Positions 1 through 7,935 of a stretch of DNA of 14,892 nucleotides are shown here, piece after piece. Every line of letters starts with the position of its first letter. The stretch's first letter is position 1. The translations under genes were made by a program, and so were the position numbers. The stretch lies in the sequence record VKHI01000717.1; one strand, written 5' to 3'. The notes under the pieces are model-generated. The model was not told where the DNA came from. It saw only the letters and a program-made list of their open reading frames with translations, and did no database searches.

Positions 1-38
1 TGTTTAATATTTTTTAATATTCCATTTTTTATTTTTTT

Positions 39-167
39 TTAAACTAATTTTTTTAATTTATAACCATTTTGTGTAGTAGAATATTGTATTAATAATTTAG
101 CATCTTTTTTATCAACTTTAATTTGACTATAGTCATTTTGAATATTTTTTTTCCGTTGCCTTTTCAT
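39..167 (-). CDS. Hypothetical small basic ORF (42 codons), not on the supplied track
   Basis: Read by eye on the minus strand: ATG at 167..165, TAA at 41..39. Translation is MKRQRKKNIQNDYSQIKVDKKDAKLLIQYSTTQNGYKLKKLV. It starts 6 nt after the orf211 stop and is in the same frame. The only support is tight operon-like packing and its basic composition; no family was recognised. Confidence 0.2.
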   Translation of the reverse strand: MKRQRKKNIQNDYSQIKVDKKDAKLLIQYSTTQNGYKLKKLV

Positions 168-173
168 GTAATT

Positions 174-809
174 TTAATTAGTAGTATATATTAAGTTTAT
201 TTTAAATTTAAATAATTTTTTAATTTTTTTATTTAATGGTTTTTTTTTGAATATTTCTTTTTTGACATGTATTTTTTTCTTTTTTAATTTTATATCGATT
301 AAGCTTGCTGTTAATTTAAGAACAAATATATTATTCAATTCATGTAGATTTTGTAAAAATAGAAATGTTGTTATCAATGTTGAATTTTTAAGATTTTGAA
401 ATAGTTTTTTTATAGATTCAAATATTTCATTTTGAAAAATAAAAGCTATAGTTCCAGTACATGTTATAACAATATAACCTGTTTTTTTAGGTTTTATTAA
501 CATTATTATTTGTTTTGTCTGAGAAATATTTTTATTTAAAAGTTTATTTAATTTTAATATTCTTTTTGTTGCTTTTGGAGTAAAAAAATCAACTACAGGG
601 CTAAATAATCTTAATGATTTTTGATTTTGATGCACAAAAAGTTTTTCTTTTGGTAATAAGGGCTCTTCAGTATTATTTAATAATATTGTTGAGACTCCAT
701 TATTATCTAAAACAAATATATTGTCTGATAAATAAGCTCTTACATAAGGTTTTACTTTGTTTTTTAATATCAAATTTTTAAATATTTTTTTATTCTCTAA
801 TTTATTCAT
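174..809 (-). CDS. Unassigned ORF (orf211); Lys-rich basic protein, possibly a highly divergent ribosomal protein
   Basis: A 211-aa ORF whose ATG (809..807) lies 1 nt after the rpl16 stop (813..811), the same packing as the other genes in the cluster. It has a very basic C-terminal tail (KLKKKKIHVKKEIFKKKPLNKKIKKLFKFK). I recognise no convincing family motif. An ORF this long is uncommon by chance in such AT-rich, stop-rich DNA. Confidence 0.5.
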   Translation of the reverse strand: MNKLENKKIFKNLILKNKVKPYVRAYLSDNIFVLDNNGVSTILLNNTEEPLLPKEKLFVHQNQKSLRLFSPVVDFFTPKATKRILKLNKLLNKNISQTKQIIMLIKPKKTGYIVITCTGTIAFIFQNEIFESIKKLFQNLKNSTLITTFLFLQNLHELNNIFVLKLTASLIDIKLKKKKIHVKKEIFKKKPLNKKIKKLFKFKINLIYTTN

Positions 810-810
810 A

Positions 811-1218
811 TTATATAATTTTTGTTTTAATTGGAAGTTTATTTTTTATTAATTTAAAAGCTTTGAATCCTATTATTTTAAATTTTATATTAATTTCAAA
901 TAGAATAGTACCTGGTTTTACTCGACAAACCCAAGAATCTATAGCCCCTTTTCCTTTACCCATTCGTATTTCTGTTGGTTTTTTTGTTATGGGTGTATTG
1001 GCAAATATATGAATATTTAATCTACCTTGTTTTTTGATTATTTTATTTATAGTTTGTTTACAAGCTAATAAATTTTTTTCAGATACACGTCCTGAAGATA
1101 AAGCTTTAAGATATATTTGATTTCTTTTTTGTTTTAGTATACCTTGACCCGTATTTATTTTTTTGAAATTTTTTCCTTTTTGTTCTTTTGTATATTTTGT
1201 TTTTTTTGGTTTAAACAT
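811..1218 (-). CDS. rpl16: Ribosomal protein L16
   Basis: The 135-aa product starts MFKPKKTKYTKEQKGK and contains KKPTEIRMGKGKGAIDSWVCRVKPGTILFEI and KLPIKTKII. These match the conserved uL16 core (KP.E.RMG.GKG....WV..VKPG.I.FE ... KLP.KT). It sits directly downstream of rps3, as in the bacterial S10 operon order. Confidence 0.93.
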   Translation of the reverse strand: MFKPKKTKYTKEQKGKNFKKINTGQGILKQKRNQIYLKALSSGRVSEKNLLACKQTINKIIKKQGRLNIHIFANTPITKKPTEIRMGKGKGAIDSWVCRVKPGTILFEINIKFKIIGFKAFKLIKNKLPIKTKII

Positions 1219-1219
1219 A

Positions 1220-1972
1220 TTATTTGTAATTAACCCATAATTTTAATCCAAAGCAACCATATACTGTATATATGTGGGTTTGTGATGCTTTAATTTTTTC
1301 TTTTTCTGAGCTTAAAGGAATTTTGCCTAAAATAAATTTAGATGTTTTTGCTCTTGTTTTACCTTTTAATCGTCCAGCAATAATTAATTTTACTCCTTTT
1401 ATTTGTGAATGTTTTCTAAAAATAAGATATGAAAATAATTTTTTTAAAAAAGCAAGATATATTGCATGTTTTTTTTTATGCAATGGCTTAAATATTAATC
1501 CTAAAATATAAATAAGTAAATGAATAGTTGCTTTTTTTTTTGCTACTAAATAAAAGACTTTTACAAGGTCAATAAATAATGTTAATCTTTTTTGAAATAT
1601 TTTATTTAAATAATATTTAAATTTTGCTGCAATTACTCGAAGTGATTCTGATTTTCCTTGTCTATTTAAAACTTTAATTACTAATGATAAATTTTTTTCC
1701 CCTAGTAATTTAACAATTTCATTTTTTTTATTTTTTTTATATTTTCTTTTTTTTTTAGTTTTTATTAAATATTTTTTTAGTTTATGTGTTCTATAAAATA
1801 GATAAATATTTAGCTTTTTTGTTATCCCTTTTTCAGAGAAAAACATATGAGAAACTATTATATCTTTTTTTTTTAATGAAGTTACAATATTTGATGTTAA
1901 TTTAAAATTATTAATAATATCATACTTTATTTGAGAAGTTGTAAGGTTTTGTATTAAATGATTATTTTGCAT
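1220..1972 (-). CDS. rps3: Ribosomal protein S3 (divergent N-terminal part, conserved C-terminal domain)
   Basis: The C-terminal GVKLIIAGRLKGKTRAKTSKFILGKIPLSSEKEKIKASQTHIYTVYGCFGLKLWVNY matches the uS3 C-terminal domain (G.K...SGRL.G.E.AR.E....G..PL.T....IDY....A.T.YG..G.K.W). It lies between rps19 and rpl16. The N-terminal two thirds are Lys-rich and not recognisable. Confidence 0.85.
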   Translation of the reverse strand: MQNNHLIQNLTTSQIKYDIINNFKLTSNIVTSLKKKDIIVSHMFFSEKGITKKLNIYLFYRTHKLKKYLIKTKKKRKYKKNKKNEIVKLLGEKNLSLVIKVLNRQGKSESLRVIAAKFKYYLNKIFQKRLTLFIDLVKVFYLVAKKKATIHLLIYILGLIFKPLHKKKHAIYLAFLKKLFSYLIFRKHSQIKGVKLIIAGRLKGKTRAKTSKFILGKIPLSSEKEKIKASQTHIYTVYGCFGLKLWVNYK

Positions 1973-1978
1973 AAATTA

Positions 1979-2233
1979 TTATTTTTTCTTTGGCTGTTTT
2001 TGTGTATGTTTTCTAGTAAATACAAATTCTCCAAATTTAAATCCAATTTTTTCTCTAGAAATGTGTATTTTTATAAACTCTTTTCCATTATGAATATGTA
2101 CGTATTTTCCAATTAAATAATACGGTATAATAGAATTTCTATTCCAAATTTTAATTTGTTTTCTGCCTAAAATTTTAGTTTTATTGACTAATGTTTTAGA
2201 TAGAAAAAATCCTTTCCATTTTGCTCTTGACAT
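1979..2233 (-). CDS. rps19: Ribosomal protein S19
   Basis: The 84-aa product contains SRAKWKGFF, IKIWNRNSIIPYYLIGKYVHIHNGKEFIKIHISREKIGFKFGEFVFTRK. This matches the uS19 consensus (W.R.S.I.P..IG....VHNGK....V.I.E.MVGHK.GEF..TR). It lies directly downstream of rpl2. Confidence 0.93.
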   Translation of the reverse strand: MSRAKWKGFFLSKTLVNKTKILGRKQIKIWNRNSIIPYYLIGKYVHIHNGKEFIKIHISREKIGFKFGEFVFTRKHTQKQPKKK

Positions 2234-2238
2234 AGTTC

Positions 2239-3024
2239 CTATTTTTTTTTTAATTTAAATCCATTTTTTGTTGGTAGTCCCCAAGGTGTTACAGAAGGTC
2301 GACCTCCATTTGTTCTTCCTCCATGTGGATGGTCAACAGGATTCATTGCAACTCCTCTAACAATAGGTCTTCTTCCCAAATTTCTGTTTCGTCCAGCCTT
2401 TCCAATAACTATGTTTCTTAATTGTTCATTTGAAATGCTTCCTATCGTAGCTAAGCTAGTAATTGGATGTTTGATTATTTTTCCAGAAGGTAATTTTAGT
2501 TTTGCATTTTCAGTATCTTTTTGTATTAATTCTGCAAAATTTCCTGCAGATTTTACGTATTTTGATTTTTTTGAGTTAATATTTCCTATGTTATTTATGA
2601 TTGTACCAGTAGGAATTTGTTTTAATAATAATCTAAATCCATTACGAAATTCAGATTTTGAATCAATACGATTTATTATATTTCCAATATAAGTATCTTT
2701 GGTATATATATCATTAAAAAATTTTTTTTTTAATATATCAAAATTTATAGAGGTTAAAGCAGTTCTGTTAGAATCATAACTAACTCCAATTATTACAGAT
2801 TTTGCTTTCTCGTTACTTTTTATTATTGGTCTATATAAATATTTTTTACCTCTTTGTTTATGCCAAACAGTAATATGTCCGGTAGATGCGCTTCGTCCAT
2901 AACATCTTTTAATATTTGTTCTTAAATTTTTAAAGATTTTAATGTTTTTTATGAGTATATTCTTCTGTAAAAGCCTTGCGTGTCTTTTACTATTATTTAT
3001 TGATTTTATTTTTATAACTTTCAT
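2239..3024 (-). CDS. rpl2: Ribosomal protein L2
   Basis: The 261-aa product has the C-terminal GKAGRNRNLGRRPIVRGVAMNPVDHPHGGRTNGGRPSVTPWGLPTKNG, the hallmark uL2 motif (RG.AMNPVDHPHGGG.G). It ends in TAG at 2241..2239. Confidence 0.95.
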   Translation of the reverse strand: MKVIKIKSINNSKRHARLLQKNILIKNIKIFKNLRTNIKRCYGRSASTGHITVWHKQRGKKYLYRPIIKSNEKAKSVIIGVSYDSNRTALTSINFDILKKKFFNDIYTKDTYIGNIINRIDSKSEFRNGFRLLLKQIPTGTIINNIGNINSKKSKYVKSAGNFAELIQKDTENAKLKLPSGKIIKHPITSLATIGSISNEQLRNIVIGKAGRNRNLGRRPIVRGVAMNPVDHPHGGRTNGGRPSVTPWGLPTKNGFKLKKK

Positions 3025-3097
3025 TTTTAGATTAGACGACTTTGTCCCTATAAGAATAAAGAATAATTACAAAAAAAGCACCTTTTTTACCTTCAAA
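3025..3097. promoter_or_regulatory. Strand-switch intergenic region between divergent rpl2 and trnE-nad2 blocks; candidate bidirectional transcription-initiation region
   Basis: This is the only spacer longer than about 22 nt in the window and the only point where gene orientation diverges. It contains a 7-bp A/T hairpin (aaaaaag 3072..3078, loop cac, ctttttt 3082..3088) and a tandem 7-mer aagaata x2 (3052..3065). No promoter consensus is known to me for this lineage, so the call rests on position only. Confidence 0.2.
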
Positions 3098-3169
3098 ATC
3101 TTCTTCGTCTAGTGGTAAGGACACTTCTCTTTCACAGAAGAAACATGAGTTCAATTCTCATAGAAGATA
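3098..3169 (+). tRNA. trnE: tRNA-Glu (anticodon UUC)
   Basis: Cloverleaf folded by hand. Acceptor atcttct/agaagat has 7 perfect bp. D-arm is gtct-agtggtaa-ggac. Anticodon stem is cttct/agaag with loop ctTTCac (anticodon 3131..3133). T-arm is atgag-ttcaatt-ctcat. Close to the bacterial tRNA-Glu pattern TCGTCTAG..GGACA. CCA is not encoded. Confidence 0.9.
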
Positions 3170-3187
3170 TTTTATATTTAATTATAT

Positions 3188-4702
3188 ATGGATATTTTTA
3201 TTATAAAATCATTTATTCCAGAAATTTTTTTATCATCTTCGATATTATTACAATTAGTATTGAATATTGGAGCTATAAAAAATATTAAATTAAATTTTCC
3301 TATTATAATAAAGGAAGTTTATATTCAAACATTGTTTATTTTAGTTTCTTTGTTTTTATTGTATAATAAGCTAGAAATTACTTGTTTGACAAATATTTTT
3401 GTGAATGATAATAGTATTATCTTTTTGAAATTTACTTTGTCATTAATATCATTAGGATGTATTATTATTTGTAAGAAAGCATTATTATTACAAAAACTAA
3501 ATCTTTTTGAATTTTTCCCTTTATTTTTGCTTGCGCTTTTTGCTTTGCTGATCATGTTAAGCTCTGAAAATTTAATATCTTTTTATTTGGCCATGGAAAT
3601 GCAAGCCTTGTGTTTTTATGTCTTAGCTTCTTTTAATAGAACATCTGTTTTTTCTGCAGAAGCTGGTTTAAAATATTTCATTTCTGGATCTTTTATGTCT
3701 GGGGTTTATTTATTAGGATCTTCAATAATTTATGGATGTTTAGGTACTTTAGACTTATCTAGTATTAATTTGTTATTGTCTTTTAATATTGAAAATAATG
3801 TTTATTTAGAATATTTATTAAAAATAGGCTTTTTATTAATTATTTTTACATTACTTTTTAAAATAGCATCAGCTCCTTTTCATTTTTGGTCTCCAGATGT
3901 ATATGAAGGTTCACCTTTAAGTTCAACAATTGTTTTTGCTATTTTGCCAAAAATTTCATTGTTTTATTTTTTTATTAAATTATTAATTTCTACTGGTATT
4001 TTTTTTGAAGATATTTCTGATTTATTATTAATATTTGGTTTATGCTCAATATTAATTGGTACCTTTTATGCATTAAATCAAAAAAGAATCAAAAAACTAA
4101 TAATATATAGTTCTATAGCACAAGTTGGTTTTTTGGTTTCAATTTTAAGTTTGCAAACTTTTGAAAGCTTTTCTTCTTTATTTTTTTTTCTTTTTATTTA
4201 TTTAATTACTTCGATAGTTTTGTGGGGCTATGTTGTTTTCTTTTTTAATTCAAGTACAATTGTTAGAAATTTTAGTAATAAAGGACTTGTTTCTATTTAT
4301 ATTTCTGATTTTTCAAACTTTGCAAAAATTAATTTACTTTGGTGTGTTTCTATTTTATTTATTTTTTTTTCTATAGGTGGTATACCACCATTTGTTGGAT
4401 TTATTTCTAAGATGATTATAACATTGCAATTTGTAGATTCTGGTTATTTTTTTGTTGCCTCTTTTTTACTTATAATTAGCGCTATTTCTGTTTATTATTA
4501 TATAAGAATAGTTAAAATTTCTTTTTTTGAGTCTAATAAATTAATTAGAACATTACCTATGCATGTTGTTTTTAATAATGAAATAAATATAGAATATTTG
4601 TTATTATCTTTATTTCTTTTATTATTGTTATTATTATTTTTATTTCCAACACCTTTATTTTTAATTTGTCAATATATAATTGCTTATTTACGTTTTATAT
4701 AG
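3188..4702 (+). CDS. nad2: NADH dehydrogenase subunit 2
   Basis: A 504-aa polytopic hydrophobic protein with ND2/NuoN motifs: YLAMEMQALCFYVLASF, GLKYFISGSFMSG, KIASAPFHFWSPDVYEGSP and YSSIAQVGF. It ends in TAG. Confidence 0.9.
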   Translation: MDIFIIKSFIPEIFLSSSILLQLVLNIGAIKNIKLNFPIIIKEVYIQTLFILVSLFLLYNKLEITCLTNIFVNDNSIIFLKFTLSLISLGCIIICKKALLLQKLNLFEFFPLFLLALFALLIMLSSENLISFYLAMEMQALCFYVLASFNRTSVFSAEAGLKYFISGSFMSGVYLLGSSIIYGCLGTLDLSSINLLLSFNIENNVYLEYLLKIGFLLIIFTLLFKIASAPFHFWSPDVYEGSPLSSTIVFAILPKISLFYFFIKLLISTGIFFEDISDLLLIFGLCSILIGTFYALNQKRIKKLIIYSSIAQVGFLVSILSLQTFESFSSLFFFLFIYLITSIVLWGYVVFFFNSSTIVRNFSNKGLVSIYISDFSNFAKINLLWCVSILFIFFSIGGIPPFVGFISKMIITLQFVDSGYFFVASFLLIISAISVYYYIRIVKISFFESNKLIRTLPMHVVFNNEINIEYLLLSLFLLLLLLLFLFPTPLFLICQYIIAYLRFI

Positions 4703-4711
4703 ATTATAAAT

Positions 4712-5257
4712 ATGAAAAAATTTCCTATTAAACAATTACAATGTATTGTTCCGGTGTATCAGTGTTTTATACATAATAATGATGAGGTTTGCTTTATAAT
4801 ATCTCATGAGAATCTACTTCATGCTTTAAAAATATTAAAATTACATATTAATTACCAATATAAGTTATTAACTTGTATATCAGGTATTGATTTTTTTTCT
4901 TTAAAATATCGTTTTTGTATTGCTTATGATTTACTAAGTTTAGTAAATAATTCACGAGTACGAGTAAAAATTTTTGTTAATGAAATTACTCCAATTGAAT
5001 CCTGTGTTGAAATATATAAAAATGCTAATTGGTGGGAAAGAGAAATTTGGGATATGTATGGTATTTATTTTTATAATCATCCAGATTTAAGAAGAATTTT
5101 GACTGATTATGGTTTTGAAGGTTACCCTTTAAGAAAAGATTTTCCTTTATCCGGATTTGTAGAATTGAGATATGATTCTATAAAAAAAAGAGTTGTTTTA
5201 GAGCCTCTTCAACTAGCTCAAGAATATAGATTATTTAATTACGAAATACAATGGTAA
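4712..5257 (+). CDS. nad9: NADH dehydrogenase subunit 9 (NuoC homologue)
   Basis: The 181-aa product carries the signature NANWWEREIWDMYGIYFYNHPDLRRILTDYGFEGYPLRKDFPLSGFVELRYD, typical of the 30-kDa/NuoC subunit. It lies immediately upstream of nad7, matching the bacterial nuoC-nuoD order. Confidence 0.95.
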   Translation: MKKFPIKQLQCIVPVYQCFIHNNDEVCFIISHENLLHALKILKLHINYQYKLLTCISGIDFFSLKYRFCIAYDLLSLVNNSRVRVKIFVNEITPIESCVEIYKNANWWEREIWDMYGIYFYNHPDLRRILTDYGFEGYPLRKDFPLSGFVELRYDSIKKRVVLEPLQLAQEYRLFNYEIQW

Positions 5258-5266
5258 TTAGAAATT

Positions 5267-6463
5267 ATGAAAATAAAAAAAAAAGATTTAAATATTGAAT
5301 TAAAAAATTTTACTATTAATTTTGGTCCTCAACATCCAGCAGCACATGGTGTATTAAGGCTTATTTTAGAACTTGATGGGGAAGTTGTTGAAAAGGCGGA
5401 TCCACATATTGGATTATTACATAGAGGAACCGAAAAATTAATAGAATTTAAAACATATTTGCAAGCTCTTCCATATTTTGATCGATTAGATTATGTTTCT
5501 ATGATGGCACAAGAGCATACTTATTCTTTAGCTATTGAAAAAATAGGTAATATAGTTATTCCAGAAAGAGCAAAAATAATTAGAACTATTTTTGCTGAAA
5601 TTACTCGATTACTAAATCATTTATTGGCTGTAGGTTGTCATGCTATGGATGTTGGTGCCATGACTCCATTTTTGTGGGCTTTTGAAGAAAGGGAAAAATT
5701 GATGGAATTTTATGAGCGTGTATCTGGTGCTAGAATGCATGCTGCTTATATTCGTCCGGGTGGTGTATCTATGGATATTCCTTTAGGTTTATTGGATGAT
5801 TTGTATATTTTTGTAAATCAGTTTAATTATCGACTAGATGAAATGGAAGAAATGCTTACAAAGAGTCGTATTTGGAAAGAACGTCTTGTAGATATTGGTG
5901 TTGTTTCTGCAGCTAAGGCTATCGAATGGGGTTTTAGTGGTGTAATGTTACGAGGTTCTGGTATATCTTGGGATTTAAGAAAAAATCAGCCATATGAAAT
6001 TTATTCTGAAATTGATTTTTCTATTCCTGTTGGTAACAGTGGTGATTGTTATGATCGATATTTAGTTAGAGTTGAAGAAATGAGACAATCTATTTATATA
6101 ATTTCGAAATGTTTAACTAAAATTAAAGAAGGGCCTATAAAATCAAATAATTATAAAATAAGTCCTCCTAGTCGATTAGAAATGAAAAATTCTATGGAAG
6201 CTGTTATACATCATTTTAAATATTTTAGTGAAGGTTTTGTATTGCCTTGTGGTGAAACATATACATCAACAGAAGCGCCTAAAGGTGAATTTGGTGTTTA
6301 TTTAGTTTCAAATAATACAGAAAAGCCTTATAGATGTAAAATAAAAGCTCCAGGGTTTGGTCATCTTCAAGCTTTAAATGATATGTCTAAAGGACATCTA
6401 ATTGCAGATGTTGTTACTATTATTGGAACACAGGATATTGTTTTTGGAGAAATTGATCGATAA
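5267..6463 (+). CDS. nad7: NADH dehydrogenase subunit 7 (49-kDa/NuoD homologue)
   Basis: The 398-aa product contains [72 protein letters not shown] and C-terminal DIVFGEIDR. All are strongly conserved NuoD motifs. Confidence 0.97.
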   Translation: MKIKKKDLNIELKNFTINFGPQHPAAHGVLRLILELDGEVVEKADPHIGLLHRGTEKLIEFKTYLQALPYFDRLDYVSMMAQEHTYSLAIEKIGNIVIPERAKIIRTIFAEITRLLNHLLAVGCHAMDVGAMTPFLWAFEEREKLMEFYERVSGARMHAAYIRPGGVSMDIPLGLLDDLYIFVNQFNYRLDEMEEMLTKSRIWKERLVDIGVVSAAKAIEWGFSGVMLRGSGISWDLRKNQPYEIYSEIDFSIPVGNSGDCYDRYLVRVEEMRQSIYIISKCLTKIKEGPIKSNNYKISPPSRLEMKNSMEAVIHHFKYFSEGFVLPCGETYTSTEAPKGEFGVYLVSNNTEKPYRCKIKAPGFGHLQALNDMSKGHLIADVVTIIGTQDIVFGEIDR

Positions 6464-6481
6464 CTCATATTATTAAAAATT

Positions 6482-7933
6482 ATGTTAATAAATATTATAC
6501 TTATAATTCTTTTTTTTGCACTTATCAGTGTTTTAATTATAAATAAAGAAAGTCTTAGCATTTTAAGGTTTATTTCAATGATTTCAACAGGAATTGTTGT
6601 TGTTTTATCTTCAGTTCTATTATTATTTTTTGATAGCAATAGTAATGACTTTCAAAATTTAGTTACATATAATTTTGATTCTGATTTTTTAAATCTTAGT
6701 TTTTCATTTGGTTTAGATGGTATTTCAATTTTTTTTTTTTTTTTAACTTCTTTATTAATTTTTTTATGTGTTTTATATGTGTTAAATGAAAATAATTTAA
6801 AACAATATTTAGTTTTATTAATATCAATTGAATTAATATTATTAATTATTTTTAGTGTATTAGATTTAATGCTATTTTATATCTTTTTTGAGGCTATCTT
6901 AATTCCTATGTTTATAATAATAGGTGTTTATGGTTCACGTGAGAGAAAAGTAAGAGCCGTTTATTTATTCTTTTTTTATACTCTTTGTGGTTCATTACTA
7001 TTATTAGTAGGTGTTTTATATATTTATTCAAAGATTGGGTCTTTTAATTTAGAATATTTAATGTGTTATCAATTTACTAAAACAGAAGAGTTGTTATTAT
7101 GGTTTGCTTTTTTTTTATCTTTTGCTTCTAAAATACCTATGTTTCCTTTTCATATTTGGCTTCCAGAAGCACATGTTGAGGCGCCAACAATTGGATCTGT
7201 TTTACTTGCAGGAGTACTTCTAAAGCTAGGTGTTTATGGATTTATTAGATTTAGTTTAACCTTATTTCCTTACGCTTCATTGTTTTATAGCCCTTTTATT
7301 TATTTTTTATCTCTTATTAGTATTATCTATGCTTCATTAACAGCATTGCGTCAAACAGATTTAAAACGTATAATTGCTTACTCATCTATTGCTCATATGA
7401 ATTTAGTTACATTGGGAATATTTGCTTTTAATAATATTGGTTTAGAAGGTTCAATTATACAAAGTTTAAGTCATGGGTTTGTTGCTGGAGGTATGTTTTT
7501 TTTAATAGGTATTTTATATTCTCGTTATCATTCTAGATTTTTATATTATTATGGAGGATTAGCTCATACTATGCCAGTATACTCTATTTTTTTTTTATTG
7601 TTAACAATAGCAAATATTGCTTTACCTGGAACAAGTAGTTTTACTGGTGAATTTTTACTATTAAGTGGTATTTATAAAGTTAATACAATTACTGGTATTA
7701 TAGCTGCGACTAGTGTTATACTTTCAGGAGCATATTCACTTTGGTTATGTAATAGAGTATTATTTAGTAATATAAAAGAACATTATACTTTAAAATTTAT
7801 TGATTTATCTTTAAAAGAATTTTTTATTATGTTTCCTTTAGTTGTTTTTATTTTTTTTATAGGTCTTTATCCTTCTATTTTTTTATCTTATATTCATTTA
7901 TCTATTAATAGTTTATTAACTTTATTTTTATAA
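6482..7933 (+). CDS. nad4: NADH dehydrogenase subunit 4
   Basis: The 483-aa hydrophobic product has ND4/NuoM motifs: FYIFFEAILIPMFIIIGVYGSRERK, KIPMFPFHIWLPEAHVEAPTIGSVLLAGVLLKLGVYGFIRF, DLKRIIAYSSIAHMN and LPGTSSFTGEFLLL. Confidence 0.95.
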   Translation: MLINIILIILFFALISVLIINKESLSILRFISMISTGIVVVLSSVLLLFFDSNSNDFQNLVTYNFDSDFLNLSFSFGLDGISIFFFFLTSLLIFLCVLYVLNENNLKQYLVLLISIELILLIIFSVLDLMLFYIFFEAILIPMFIIIGVYGSRERKVRAVYLFFFYTLCGSLLLLVGVLYIYSKIGSFNLEYLMCYQFTKTEELLLWFAFFLSFASKIPMFPFHIWLPEAHVEAPTIGSVLLAGVLLKLGVYGFIRFSLTLFPYASLFYSPFIYFLSLISIIYASLTALRQTDLKRIIAYSSIAHMNLVTLGIFAFNNIGLEGSIIQSLSHGFVAGGMFFLIGILYSRYHSRFLYYYGGLAHTMPVYSIFFLLLTIANIALPGTSSFTGEFLLLSGIYKVNTITGIIAATSVILSGAYSLWLCNRVLFSNIKEHYTLKFIDLSLKEFFIMFPLVVFIFFIGLYPSIFLSYIHLSINSLLTLFL

Positions 7934-7935
7934 TT

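Noticed and set aside
1-42. Plus-strand frame 1 is open from the window edge to a TAA at 40..42 (CLIFFNIPFFIFF*). It could be the 3' end of an upstream plus-strand membrane-protein gene.
   Set aside because: Only 13 codons are visible, so identity cannot be judged. It would also overlap the 3' end of the minus-strand 42-codon ORF. This cannot be resolved without upstream sequence.
39-167. Resemblance of the 42-aa ORF to ribosomal protein S18 (VDKKDAKLLIQYSTTQNGYKL versus IDYKD..L..YI.E.GKI) or to L34 (MKR... start, T.NG...L)
   Set aside because: The matches are short and low-complexity, and they fall in the wrong register for L34. The ORF would also lack the essential C-terminal half of S18. 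As far as I recall, neither gene is typical of mitochondrial genomes of this type. I treat these as chance similarity.
1272-1511. Plus-strand 79-aa ORF inside rps3. The same reasoning covers 2411..2692 (+, inside rpl2), 3325..3555 (-, inside nad2), 6367..6639 (-, across the nad7/nad4 junction) and 13992..14180 (-, inside nad11).
   Set aside because: All are antisense to genes with strong conserved motifs. Their products are low-complexity Phe/Ile/Leu/Asn/Lys-rich peptides with no recognisable motif. They are best explained as chance antisense ORFs.
6474-6488. An identical 15-mer taaaaattatgttaa spans the start codons of nad4 (6474..6488) and cob (11592..11606). nad7 has a similar gaaattATG context. 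This might be a shared translation-initiation or processing motif.
   Set aside because: The match includes the ATG and a TTA Leu codon, is made almost entirely of A and T in a very AT-rich genome, and is absent upstream of the other six or more plus-strand genes. It is most likely coincidence.
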